The notes below the pieces were generated by a model that saw only the letters and a list, made by a program, of their open reading frames with translations, was not told the DNA's origin and did no database searches. From Planctomycetota bacterium (GTDB lineage: Bacteria; Planctomycetota; UBA1135), in NCBI GenBank assembly GCA_045047305.1, contig JASFYO010000043.1, forward strand, positions 1-34,714: 34,714 nucleotides of DNA, written 5' to 3'. Both the position numbers and the translations under genes were made by a program. Shown here piece after piece: positions 26,366 through 34,714 of the stretch (the first letter of the stretch is position 1; the number at the start of each line of letters is the position of its first letter).

Positions 26366-26677
26366 ATGAAATCCAACAGTAACCGAGGAATCATTGCGCC
26401 GGCACTTTTACTGGTTGTCCTCTCCCTTGGCGCGGGCTTTGCACAGGGCAGCCGCAATGGGAAGAGAAATGGGCAGCAGCCGACCGGACCTATCCTTCCG
26501 GATCCGGGGGCGCAACGTAGCGAGATGATTGCCTCCCTCAAGGCAATGGAGTTGCATTTAGCCACCATGGAGAAAACGATGGCGGGCCTAGAACGCATCG
26601 CCGGTGCGCAGTTACGCCTGCAGTTTGATCAACAAAAAGAGAAGGTCGCAGAAAGAGCGAAAACAAAGGCCAAGTAA
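26366..26677 (+). CDS. Small secreted hypothetical protein with coiled-coil-like helix
   Basis: Signal peptide ...ALLLVVLSLGAGFAQ; heptad-like QRSEMIASLKAMELHLATMEKTM. Confidence 0.65.
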   Translation: MKSNSNRGIIAPALLLVVLSLGAGFAQGSRNGKRNGQQPTGPILPDPGAQRSEMIASLKAMELHLATMEKTMAGLERIAGAQLRLQFDQQKEKVAERAKTKAK

Positions 26678-26684
26678 GCCGACC

Positions 26685-26690
26685 TATACT
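26685..26690 (+). promoter_or_regulatory. -10 box TATACT 5 nt before ATG 26696
   Basis: TATACT-tcagc-ATG. Confidence 0.55.
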
Positions 26691-26695
26691 TCAGC

Positions 26696-27241
26696 ATGCG
26701 TTGCCCGCACCTGATTCTCCTCTCGCTGATTCTAATCATGGGGTCGTGCTCCATGTACACACAACCGTCGCGTTTCGGCGCGGAGATTCAGGCCTATCCA
26801 GCCGGCGTGATTCCGGGCATTCAAGTCCAGCGTGAATGGCATGAGGACGACGTCTTCATCACCCGCTTCGCTGCCAACATCACCGATCGCTCCGACTTCG
26901 GTGAGCATGATAATGAAGAAGGTGATGGTTTTGGCATCGGGTTCGGCTACCGCAATTATGAAAACACCAATCACTCCGGTTGGCTTTATGGCCTGCGCGC
27001 CGATTTCTGGAATCTCACCATTGATTGGCGGGATAACGTTGGACCGCGCAGTGGAAGCACCGATGTCTTCGTTTTCCAACCCACCGTGGAAGGTGGATAC
27101 TCTTGGTTGCTGGATGATGGCACTTGGTCCTTGGACCTTAGCGCCGGCTTAGGCGCAGAAATCAATCTGGATGAAGATGGAGAAGCGGTCGGCGACGGCG
27201 CGATTTTCCTTTTAGGCGTCACCTTCCTCTACAACGGTTAA
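26696..27241 (+). CDS. Probable small outer-membrane beta-barrel protein
   Basis: Signal with lipobox-like IMGS-C; alternating hydrophobic strands (GFGIGFGYRNY, WLYGLRADFW, VEGGYSW, FLLGVTF). Confidence 0.6.
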   Translation: MRCPHLILLSLILIMGSCSMYTQPSRFGAEIQAYPAGVIPGIQVQREWHEDDVFITRFAANITDRSDFGEHDNEEGDGFGIGFGYRNYENTNHSGWLYGLRADFWNLTIDWRDNVGPRSGSTDVFVFQPTVEGGYSWLLDDGTWSLDLSAGLGAEINLDEDGEAVGDGAIFLLGVTFLYNG

Positions 27242-27244
27242 AGC

Positions 27245-27664
27245 ATGAGCGCCCTCGGCAACCGACTCATCCCTTCCTTGTGCTACATGGATGCACCTGC
27301 TGCAATCGCGTGGCTGCAAGAGGCCTTCGGGTTCACCACGCATTTAGTAGTACCAGGTGAAGCGGGTGAAATCGTACATGCACAAATCAAAACTTCCGAC
27401 GGCACCCAGATGCTGATGATCTATTCCGCGCGGCAAGAGGAGGCTTATCGCTTGCAACGTCCGCCGAAAGTGCTTGGTGGATGCAATCAAAGCCTTTATT
27501 TAGTGGTGCAAGATGTCGCTGCGCATCATCTACACGCAGTCAAAGCCGGCGCCAAAATCACCATGCCACCGACGGCGCAAGATTACGGCGGTAGCTGCTA
27601 CACCTGCAGCGACCCCGAAGGACACGTATGGAACTTCGGCAGTTACGACCCTTGGGCCGAATAA
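27245..27664 (+). CDS. VOC / glyoxalase / bleomycin-resistance family protein
   Basis: IP.L.Y.DAPAAI.WL..AFGF, IVHAQI, A..AGA.I..PP..QDYG...Y...DPEGHVW.FG.YDPW. Confidence 0.9.
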   Translation: MSALGNRLIPSLCYMDAPAAIAWLQEAFGFTTHLVVPGEAGEIVHAQIKTSDGTQMLMIYSARQEEAYRLQRPPKVLGGCNQSLYLVVQDVAAHHLHAVKAGAKITMPPTAQDYGGSCYTCSDPEGHVWNFGSYDPWAE

Positions 27665-27680
27665 GCTAATGGTTCTACTT

Positions 27681-28727
27681 TTAGAGCCACAACGATGCGT
27701 CGCCGTAACTAAAGAATCGATACTGCTTTGCAATCGCTTCGGCGTACACCTTGTGCACGAAGGCTAATCCATCCGTCGCGCCAAGGTGCTGCGCCATGGC
27801 CCCAACTAAGGCTAAGAGCGTGGATTGTGGAGTGTGAAAGTTCGTAAGCAAGCCATTCACAATCTGAAATTCAAATCCAGGAAGGATCATGAGGTTAGTG
27901 CTGCCACGGTGCCCCAGAGCCCACCCTTCTAGCGCACGACACACCGTAGTCCCCGCTGCAATCACGCGACCGCCCCGTTTTTGCGTTGCCGTGATTTCAG
28001 CTGCAAGCACTTCACTGACCTCAAAGACCTCGGCATGCATGGGGTGATCCTCCACCAACTCTGTCTCCACCGGCAGAAAGGTGCCCTGCCCGACATGCAA
28101 AGTGAGCTGTGCCATCTTCACGCCCGCGTTGTGCAATTGCTGCAGCACCTCAGCATCAAAGTGCAAGCTCGCGGTCGGAGCTGCGACGGAACCATCTTGC
28201 GCAGCCCACACGGTTTGATATCGCTCTCGATCTTCCGCGGAATCTACCGCCTGCTCCGCGACTCCACGTAAGCGTCGGATATAAGGTGGAAGTGGAGTCG
28301 AGCCAATGCGTTGCAGCAAATCGGTCCATGGAGCATCACTGAGTTTCTCCACCAACCATGAGCCGCGTTCTCGCTTCTCTAACAAGCGCAAAACCGGCAC
28401 ATCTTCAAACACGATTTCTACGCCAGGGCGGAGACGTCCGGCAGACAGCATGCAAACCGCATGCGCGCCTTCCTCGCACAGGAATAATCCCTCGACCAAA
28501 CCGCCCGTCGTTTTCTGTAAGCTCAATCGCGCAGGCAATACTCGCGTGTCGTTGAGTACCAGCAGATCTCCTTCCTTCAGGAAGGTTGGGAACTCAGAAA
28601 AAGTTTGGTGCCGAAACGTGCCAAGACCAGGACGCACATCCAGCACCCGCGCATCGGTGCGACGCTGTTGCGGATGCAACGCAATCAGCGCTTCCGGTAG
28701 ATCAAAATCTAACTGGCCAAGTCTCAT
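27681..28727 (-). CDS. queA: S-adenosylmethionine:tRNA ribosyltransferase-isomerase
   Basis: DFDLP..LIA.HP, LNDTRVLPAR, PLPPYI, RYQTV, GSVAAPTA.LHF, TLHVG.GTF, TNFH.P.STL, YRFFSYGDA. Start 28727 from ATGA overlap with the upstream gene. Confidence 0.95.
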   Translation of the reverse strand: MRLGQLDFDLPEALIALHPQQRRTDARVLDVRPGLGTFRHQTFSEFPTFLKEGDLLVLNDTRVLPARLSLQKTTGGLVEGLFLCEEGAHAVCMLSAGRLRPGVEIVFEDVPVLRLLEKRERGSWLVEKLSDAPWTDLLQRIGSTPLPPYIRRLRGVAEQAVDSAEDRERYQTVWAAQDGSVAAPTASLHFDAEVLQQLHNAGVKMAQLTLHVGQGTFLPVETELVEDHPMHAEVFEVSEVLAAEITATQKRGGRVIAAGTTVCRALEGWALGHRGSTNLMILPGFEFQIVNGLLTNFHTPQSTLLALVGAMAQHLGATDGLAFVHKVYAEAIAKQYRFFSYGDASLWL

Positions 28728-29923
28728 GCCCCGCTGCGCATCCAAGTGCGCAGCAGACCCATCTGGCGATGAAAATCGTGCTCTTCAAACTCCAATGGAT
28801 TTTTGAAGAATGCGGCAGCCGCATGCAACACTCCGCCCTGACCGCGGGACTGCGCAAACAAAGCCAAGCGCGCAAGATCCAAAATCAACGGTGCTGCTAA
28901 TGCGGAATCGCTGCCGTGCCAAGTGAACTGCAGCTGCATCTTTGCGCCGAGGAATCCTTCAAAGTGGATAAAGTCCATGGCGGTTTTCCAATCATGCAGG
29001 CTTGGCACAAAATCAATCCGCACTCCAGAATGTAAATTCTTACTCTCATGCAGAATGCCGCCGAGCACGTTGTCCTTATTTGCCAACTTAGTAGCGGCTC
29101 GCTTAGGGTCCTCCAAAGCAGCGCCATCCTTATTCCCAAGCATGTTGTAGCCTTCCCATGCCATCACGTTGAAGCGGCGGTCACGGAACATCGGCGCCAA
29201 GGCAGTCTTCATTAAGGTCTCCCCCGTTTTGCCATCGTTACCTAAAACGGGGACACCCTGTTTACGTGCATAAGCCGCCACTGCCGCAATCGCAGCACCA
29301 GGTGCCGGGGTGAAGTTCACAAACGGTAAACCCTCTGCAATCGCCGCAACCGCATAAAGAATCGAACGCGAGATATCGAATGGAGCAGTCTTGAGCAGCT
29401 CCAGAACATCGGCGGACGGGTCCATCCACGACTCTGGGAGTTCACGCTCACGCTCGGCGGATGCCAGGTAAATCACCACGGCTTTATTGGTGCGGTCCTC
29501 TTTCATCCAATCGCGGATATCGCCGCGAATAGCCTCTACCATTTCGCATGCAGACAACAGCAAGCGGTCCGCCGATGCGCGGCTCACCGCGCGTTCGTCC
29601 TCTGGCTCCGGCACGCCCGGCGCAATCGACATTTCCAAGCGATCGCGTAGACCAGCGCTGAGCTCAACCAAATCGGCCGGCAAAACCCCAACCCGCATTA
29701 AATCTTCCGCGGAACGATGCGCATCGCCAACGACATCCCACCCGGTTACCCAGAAGCGACCAACATCGGCCAAAGGCAAGTCGGCAAATTCTTCGCCTCC
29801 AGTGACCATGCCCACCGCCGGCATGCCGGCGCGGATGGCTTCAATGCCGTGCACCACGGTGGTACCAATGGCACCGCGCACACCTACCAGGAATAAACCT
29901 GTTTTCTCCGGATCCGGATTCAT
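28724..29923 (-). CDS. ino1: Inositol-3-phosphate synthase (myo-inositol-1-phosphate synthase)
   Basis: VG.RG.IGTT NAD-binding start, FVNFTP, GNDGKTGET..K..LAPMF, N.LGNKDG, DSALAAPLILDL. Confidence 0.9.
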   Translation of the reverse strand: MNPDPEKTGLFLVGVRGAIGTTVVHGIEAIRAGMPAVGMVTGGEEFADLPLADVGRFWVTGWDVVGDAHRSAEDLMRVGVLPADLVELSAGLRDRLEMSIAPGVPEPEDERAVSRASADRLLLSACEMVEAIRGDIRDWMKEDRTNKAVVIYLASAERERELPESWMDPSADVLELLKTAPFDISRSILYAVAAIAEGLPFVNFTPAPGAAIAAVAAYARKQGVPVLGNDGKTGETLMKTALAPMFRDRRFNVMAWEGYNMLGNKDGAALEDPKRAATKLANKDNVLGGILHESKNLHSGVRIDFVPSLHDWKTAMDFIHFEGFLGAKMQLQFTWHGSDSALAAPLILDLARLALFAQSRGQGGVLHAAAAFFKNPLEFEEHDFHRQMGLLRTWMRSGA

Positions 29924-30612
29924 GGATTCTTTGCTCGATTCTGCAAGTAACGTTCATAGACCCTTTGCTCAACGCCAAGGTCTAGGCTCAAGCGTAAAGC
30001 GGAAGCGTCTTCCACCGCCTTAGCACGCTGCCATTGTCCTTGTTCCGAGCCATCCTCGCCATCCTTGGATGAGGGAGATTTATCGCCCAACTTAGATGGC
30101 TCAGATGACTCAGTAAGAGCCAATACCGCGCCTTGATCGGAAGGGCGCCCATCTAAGGAAAGCCCCGCCAAGTTGCCTTCCCCGAACAAAGCCACGGGGG
30201 CAGCAGCATCGGGTTCTAGCAGGACCCACCCCGCCGAGGCCGAAACCAGAGCCAAGAGTACCCCCCAAGCAGGCCAACCTGGAAGCGGGCGCAAGCGCAG
30301 CGGCCGATGTTCTGCCTGAGACTCAAGCAGGGCTTGTTGTTGCGCACTCAAATCCGAAGTTAAGGCAGTGCGCAACAAGCCATCGGCATCATGCTGAGGG
30401 TCAATCGCGGTAGTGGGCGGCATCCAGGGCTTTGCTACCAGCAGAGTCAAACAGCCAAGTAAAAGCGCACCGCACAAGGCAAGCGGTAGCGGAGGGCGTC
30501 CTTCTGCTGCTGCGAGTAATCCGAAACTAACTCCCCCAGCAAGGGCTGCAAGCAAACTCTGACCGCTGCGCAACAACCATATCCGCCGACGCACGCGTTG
30601 CTGCAAAGTCAC
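29920..30612 (-). CDS. Hypothetical membrane protein
   Basis: Three hydrophobic segments and a low-complexity charged C-terminal part; packed between neighbours (2-bp gap upstream, ATGA overlap downstream). Confidence 0.6.
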   Translation of the reverse strand: MTLQQRVRRRIWLLRSGQSLLAALAGGVSFGLLAAAEGRPPLPLALCGALLLGCLTLLVAKPWMPPTTAIDPQHDADGLLRTALTSDLSAQQQALLESQAEHRPLRLRPLPGWPAWGVLLALVSASAGWVLLEPDAAAPVALFGEGNLAGLSLDGRPSDQGAVLALTESSEPSKLGDKSPSSKDGEDGSEQGQWQRAKAVEDASALRLSLDLGVEQRVYERYLQNRAKNP

Positions 30613-30614
30613 GC

Positions 30615-31400
30615 TTATTGCACTCCGGCTTCCAGCAGTTCACGTGTGAACCATATTTCCACCGGATAGCCGATTTCTGGCAACAGGAACACGTTCGGAT
30701 ACCAAATGCTTTGGTTGTCTGCCGACGGATCCGATCCAGCAAGGATTTGACCCGCTGGTGAAAAATTCACCAAGCTCACCAAGTTGCCTTCGCCTTCTGC
30801 AGAGTAAAACTCTTTGGCGTCTTTATGCGGACGAATAAAGCGCGACCCTAAATACACGAATTTCCCACGCTGATAAGTGCTTTCTTCTCGCACATTCAAC
30901 ACCAAATCTTCTGCACGGTAACGGTAATGCTCTACCACCCCGTCGACCTCGACTTCCCAGGAGACGTACATGTAAAAACCGTCGCCGGTGGCTGGGAAAA
31001 AGGTATAGGGCTGTACGCCGGACTGCACTTCTTCCAAACTTGGTGCAGGCTCGGTCGGCACAATATGGCCGTTCTCGCCTTTTCCCACCCCAAGAAAAAG
31101 CATGGCGGCATTCAAGACTGTGGGCGAGATCTCGGTCGTGGAGAGCAGGGATTCATGGTCCTTGCCTTGCGGCTGCTTCACCAACAGGTACTCAAGGGGC
31201 TCATAGAGTTGGCAAATCTGGCCATCGATGCGCAAGGTGCCAGCTTCCCGGTCGAGCCGAATGCCATCCTCCGCGAGTTGGGTCACAAACTCATCCGCTT
31301 GCACGGTAGGCTCTTGCTCCGGCTCCTGAAAAACCGACGCCGACGCCAACGTGAGGCCACAAAGCCCTAGCAGACCAACAGAGAGGAGACGCATTTCCAT
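30615..31400 (-). CDS. Secreted YdjY-domain-like protein
   Basis: Signal peptide; 'LEYLLV...GKDHESLL.T...P..LNAA.LFLG...G' and 'FVYLGSRF....FY.A..EGNLVSLVNF' resemble YdjY-domain proteins. Confidence 0.6.
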   Translation of the reverse strand: MEMRLLSVGLLGLCGLTLASASVFQEPEQEPTVQADEFVTQLAEDGIRLDREAGTLRIDGQICQLYEPLEYLLVKQPQGKDHESLLSTTEISPTVLNAAMLFLGVGKGENGHIVPTEPAPSLEEVQSGVQPYTFFPATGDGFYMYVSWEVEVDGVVEHYRYRAEDLVLNVREESTYQRGKFVYLGSRFIRPHKDAKEFYSAEGEGNLVSLVNFSPAGQILAGSDPSADNQSIWYPNVFLLPEIGYPVEIWFTRELLEAGVQ

Positions 31401-31406
31401 GTACTT

Positions 31407-31412
31407 AGATTA
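31407..31412 (-). promoter_or_regulatory. -10 box TAATCT 6 nt before ATG 31400
   Basis: Minus strand TAATCT-aagtac-ATG. Confidence 0.55.
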
Positions 31413-31433
31413 ACGAGTCGGATGGCTTTGGGT

Positions 31434-33686
31434 TCAGGGAGTTTCATCGCCCAATGCAGCTTTGGCGCGGATCCATAAATCACTGCGGTCTGGCGACATC
31501 CGCATCACCCGTTGCCACGAAACTTCGGAAGCCTTCTGTTCACCCGCAGCATGTTGTAGCTCAGCAAGTGCAGCATGGGCTTCGCCAGACAAAGGACTAT
31601 GATCGACCCGACGCTGCGCCAAGGCCAAACTTAGCTGCGGCATGTCTGACTGGACCGTGAGTTGCATAGCGCGGGCAAGAATGTCGTCTTCCACATAGCC
31701 GTTTAGGAATGATGCGAGAGACTTAGGATCTCGTGCGCCATCTTCCACCTCTAAGAGAAGAGCTCGGTCAGCAATCCGGTCTTTCATTAAAAACCAACCA
31801 GATGCGTCGGGCGAAAAAGCCTCTCGTACGACACGGTGGTTGGCGAAGAGGTCGATGGAAGGTTGCAGCAAATACTGATACGCCTCCTGGCGCACCTTCT
31901 TATCGGTAATGCGATTGGCAATCAAGCAATGTACACGTAGTTGATCAATGTAGGACAAATCTCGCGTCAGCAGATGTTGAAACCATGCCGATGCCGTTAC
32001 CGGGTGCGAATAGGCCAAGCTTGCACTAGCTAGAAGGAGCAAATCGGAAGGGATGGCCTCGAGCTGGAAGTCTTGCGCTAACTTCATCTCTAGATTTTGC
32101 TCCGATCCAACACAACTATGTAAGCCTCGTAGCGCGGTATTGATCTCCGGGTATTCATGGCTAAGGCGGTACAGAGAATCCCATGCCACGCCTTCCCTTA
32201 ACGAGCTTGGTGTATTTTGCAGAAGCTGTTGCAAGCGCAACTCCAACTGCTGCAAAACCATTGGGTTTCCAGGACGCCCGATGGCCGACCAGACTTCCAA
32301 ACGTAATCCAAGGCGCTCATCTTCTTCCTCAAATCCTGGGGCTTGTTGCGCCAAGCGTATGGCTTCTGCACGCCAATCAGGGTTTTCGCTGGCGGCTAAG
32401 GCACGCAACCATGAAGCGGCGATTTCATAATCCAGCGGCAACGGTTGCTGCAACCAGCGGTCCACTAAAACTTTCGCCTCGGCGCGCGGGACCAAAAGTG
32501 CACGGGCCAAACTCCGTGCCGGAAGCGCGTACTCGGTAGATTCCGCCATGTCGCGTAAGACTTCGAGACCGGCAGTGGTTTGTTGCGCAGCAAAGGAGCG
32601 TGCGATTTGCATTTGCATCACAGTGCCGCCTTCCGATAACCGCGCCATTAAATATGCTTTCGCATCTTCGCTGGTGGCGGACCGAGCCATCGCAAGTGGA
32701 AACAGCACGCTATCGGGGATCTCTGGATGCTGGAAAAGGACCGGGAGCACCGCATCGATTTCTTCACTGCGACTCAGAAGCGTCACCACTTGATGGGTGA
32801 TGTTGCCAGCACTCCAGCCCCCATCCAACAACCAATCGAGAGCAAGCTGTTGTGCTTCCGGTAAGGACAAGCCAGCTAAGGTCACCATCCAACGACTGCG
32901 TGAAGCAACCGATAAACCTGCAGCGCGTTCTTTGTAGTCGGCAAGATAGGCCTCGGGACCAGCGAAGGAAACCAACATGCCGCGTGCCATGTTGCGCATT
33001 TCCGCACTGCCTCCATCCAGTTCTGCGCGCAGCATCGAAGTAATCTCAGGGTCATAACCTTGACGCGCAAGAGCCTGCCAAGCAGCTGCACGAAAATTTG
33101 GCCCACGATCACGCGCTATGCGATAAATCCGTAAGCGTGCGTCTTCCCGGGTTTCATGCAAGGCCCATAACTGCAAAGCATACTCTGCGGGATAACCGCT
33201 TCCCGCAGTCGCAAGATGTTCAAGCAAAGCTAAATCCGATGCCTGCACGGATTCGCGCCAGCCGGCAAAAATGCGACGCAAATAAGGCGGCTCGGCATCA
33301 GGGCGAATGGAATCCTGGAGCGCCAGTAATGCTTGGTGCCCATCCTGCAAAAGAATAAATTCTGCCACGCGGCCGCGCTCCTCTGCCCGACAAGTCTCGT
33401 CTAGAGCAAACTTCAACAGGGCATCGCGGGAATGAACATAAGGGACCTGCAACAACAATTCCATTAAGTCGTTGCGCCGAGGGACCGCATCATCCGTCAA
33501 CATTTGCACGATGGCTTGTGCTTCCGGCGCCAACAGATGCCCACGCAAACGGGCAAAAACCAATCCCTCTTGAGCATCGGCAATGTCATCCGCTGCCCAG
33601 GCATGCAACTGTTGCAAAGGCGTCGGCTCTTGCAAGGAGGAAATCGGTACTGCTACGAAGCAGGAAAGCAGAAGAGGTATCAACAT
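31434..33686 (-). CDS. Secreted alpha-helical repeat protein (HEAT-like, C-terminal TPR-like)
   Basis: MLIPLLLSCFVAVP signal-like start overlapping the nnrD stop; Ala/Leu/Arg-rich helices; C-terminal 'P.SGEAHAALAEL....G....SE..WQRVMRMSP' TPR-like motif. Confidence 0.65.
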   Translation of the reverse strand: MLIPLLLSCFVAVPISSLQEPTPLQQLHAWAADDIADAQEGLVFARLRGHLLAPEAQAIVQMLTDDAVPRRNDLMELLLQVPYVHSRDALLKFALDETCRAEERGRVAEFILLQDGHQALLALQDSIRPDAEPPYLRRIFAGWRESVQASDLALLEHLATAGSGYPAEYALQLWALHETREDARLRIYRIARDRGPNFRAAAWQALARQGYDPEITSMLRAELDGGSAEMRNMARGMLVSFAGPEAYLADYKERAAGLSVASRSRWMVTLAGLSLPEAQQLALDWLLDGGWSAGNITHQVVTLLSRSEEIDAVLPVLFQHPEIPDSVLFPLAMARSATSEDAKAYLMARLSEGGTVMQMQIARSFAAQQTTAGLEVLRDMAESTEYALPARSLARALLVPRAEAKVLVDRWLQQPLPLDYEIAASWLRALAASENPDWRAEAIRLAQQAPGFEEEDERLGLRLEVWSAIGRPGNPMVLQQLELRLQQLLQNTPSSLREGVAWDSLYRLSHEYPEINTALRGLHSCVGSEQNLEMKLAQDFQLEAIPSDLLLLASASLAYSHPVTASAWFQHLLTRDLSYIDQLRVHCLIANRITDKKVRQEAYQYLLQPSIDLFANHRVVREAFSPDASGWFLMKDRIADRALLLEVEDGARDPKSLASFLNGYVEDDILARAMQLTVQSDMPQLSLALAQRRVDHSPLSGEAHAALAELQHAAGEQKASEVSWQRVMRMSPDRSDLWIRAKAALGDETP

Positions 33687-34573
33687 GATGAAGTGCGCCA
33701 TTCTTGCATGGCCTTCGACAACCAATGCGCGAGATCGGATGCAGTGAGGCCATCCGTTCCCCACTGTGCAGCGAAAAGATCGCCTGCGCGTCCGTGAAGG
33801 TAAGCCCCGAGACGAGCGGCATCAAAAGGAGCAAGGCCAAAGGCGAGAAGAGCGCCAAGATGGCCACTGAGGACATCGCCACTTCCGGCGGTTGCCATGC
33901 CGACGTTACCACTAGGGTTCACTGCGGTTTCCTTACCTTTTGCCCCAATCAAAGTGTTTTCTCCCTTCAAAAGGAAAGTAGCGCTGCTCGCGTGGGTTAG
34001 CTTTTCCATGGCGAGATTGCGGTCGGCTTGCACCGCGGCGGCATGAGAAAGGTGCAATAGGCGGGCTGCTTCGCCAGGATGAGGGGTGAGCAACATGGAT
34101 GGCCCGCAAAGCTGTAGCCCCGCAGCGGATACAGCAAGGTGGTTGAGGCCGTCGGCATCTAACACAATGCCAAGCTTGGGTTGAGCTTGTTGAAGTTGCT
34201 TCAGCAATTGCGGCACCCAAGGACTCGCTCCTGCAGGCGGGCCTAAGCCTGGACCAATCACAACCGCTTGGCACGAGTTTGCGAAGCGCAACAGTTGCGG
34301 CACGTCTTCATGCAGGAGAGTTTCGCGGTCATCGCTGCCGAGCGGGTGCAGGATCGCTGCCGGAAGCGCCTTGGTGAACGCAGGCACTAATCGTGCGGCG
34401 CAAGCGATTTCCACATAGCCCACTCCGCTGCGCAAGGCTCCTTCTGCCGCCAACACTGCAGCGCCAGCCATGCCATAACTCCCAGCGATGAAAAGCACAC
34501 GTCCGCAATCTCCCTTATGGCTCGCGGAGTCGCGCGGCGGAAGTTTCGGTAGGTCATGCGGGGCGGAGTCCAC
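33680..34573 (-). CDS. nnrD: ADP-dependent NAD(P)H-hydrate dehydratase (stand-alone, no NnrE domain)
   Basis: SHKGD.GRV..IAGS..MAGAA, VLDADGL, LTPHPGEAARL, MATAGSGDVLSG. Start moved to GTG 34573. Confidence 0.92.
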   Translation of the reverse strand: MDSAPHDLPKLPPRDSASHKGDCGRVLFIAGSYGMAGAAVLAAEGALRSGVGYVEIACAARLVPAFTKALPAAILHPLGSDDRETLLHEDVPQLLRFANSCQAVVIGPGLGPPAGASPWVPQLLKQLQQAQPKLGIVLDADGLNHLAVSAAGLQLCGPSMLLTPHPGEAARLLHLSHAAAVQADRNLAMEKLTHASSATFLLKGENTLIGAKGKETAVNPSGNVGMATAGSGDVLSGHLGALLAFGLAPFDAARLGAYLHGRAGDLFAAQWGTDGLTASDLAHWLSKAMQEWRTSSC

Positions 34574-34577
34574 GGTG

Positions 34578-34584
34578 TAGGATA
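34578..34584. promoter_or_regulatory. Symmetric -10 element TAGGATA between nnrD and the divergent gene
   Basis: Minus strand TATCCT-acacc-GTG(34573); plus strand TAGGAT faces ATG 34620. Confidence 0.5.
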
Positions 34585-34619
34585 TCGCCTCAGCGGAGAT
34601 GCACCCGCACCTTGCCTCC

Positions 34620-34714
34620 ATGGAAAATCGTCCATCCAAACTCGAAACTTACCGCGATCGAGAGATTGCTGCGGCCTATGACCTGCGTTGGTCGAGTGCG
34701 CGCGGCAAGAAACG
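34620..34714 (+). CDS. 5' end of a gene truncated by the window edge, possibly a class I SAM-dependent methyltransferase
   Basis: Open from ATG 34620: MENRPSKLETYRDREIAAAYDLRWSSARGKK. 'Y....A..YD..W' is typical of methyltransferase N-termini, but only 31 aa are visible. Confidence 0.4.
   Translation, partial: MENRPSKLETYRDREIAAAYDLRWSSARGKK

Overview
Compact, gene-dense bacterial chromosomal window with about 33 CDS and no rRNA, tRNA, CRISPR or mobile element that I can recognise. The gene content suggests a Planctomycetota-like organism (inference from the YdjY-domain protein, carboxypeptidase-regulatory-like membrane proteins, GGQ release-factor-like protein and FG-GAP/kexin secreted proteins). 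Left to right: 3' end of an RpiR-like regulator; secreted 7-repeat FG-GAP protein; YeiH transporter; SUI1 - HExxH lipoprotein - plsC - desaturase; fadD - SDR - ClC; kexin-like S8 protease; GGQ protein - YbaN - lipoprotein; crcB; DUF420 - cytochrome c - ctaA - ctaB - ABC exporter; three tandem paralogous membrane-anchored proteins; small secreted, beta-barrel and VOC genes; and nnrD - HEAT/TPR - YdjY - hypothetical - inositol-3-phosphate synthase - queA. Two signals stand out. (1) Two unrelated secreted proteins end in the same ~95-aa C-terminal domain, a candidate lineage-specific secretion or surface-sorting tag. (2) Thirteen genes have a TANNNT -10 box only 5-9 nt before the start codon and no SD, implying widespread leaderless mRNAs, and symmetric TANNNTA boxes lie between four of five divergent gene pairs. 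Many starts were moved from the ORF track using stop/start overlaps and these boxes. All family calls come from motif recognition by eye, not database searches.
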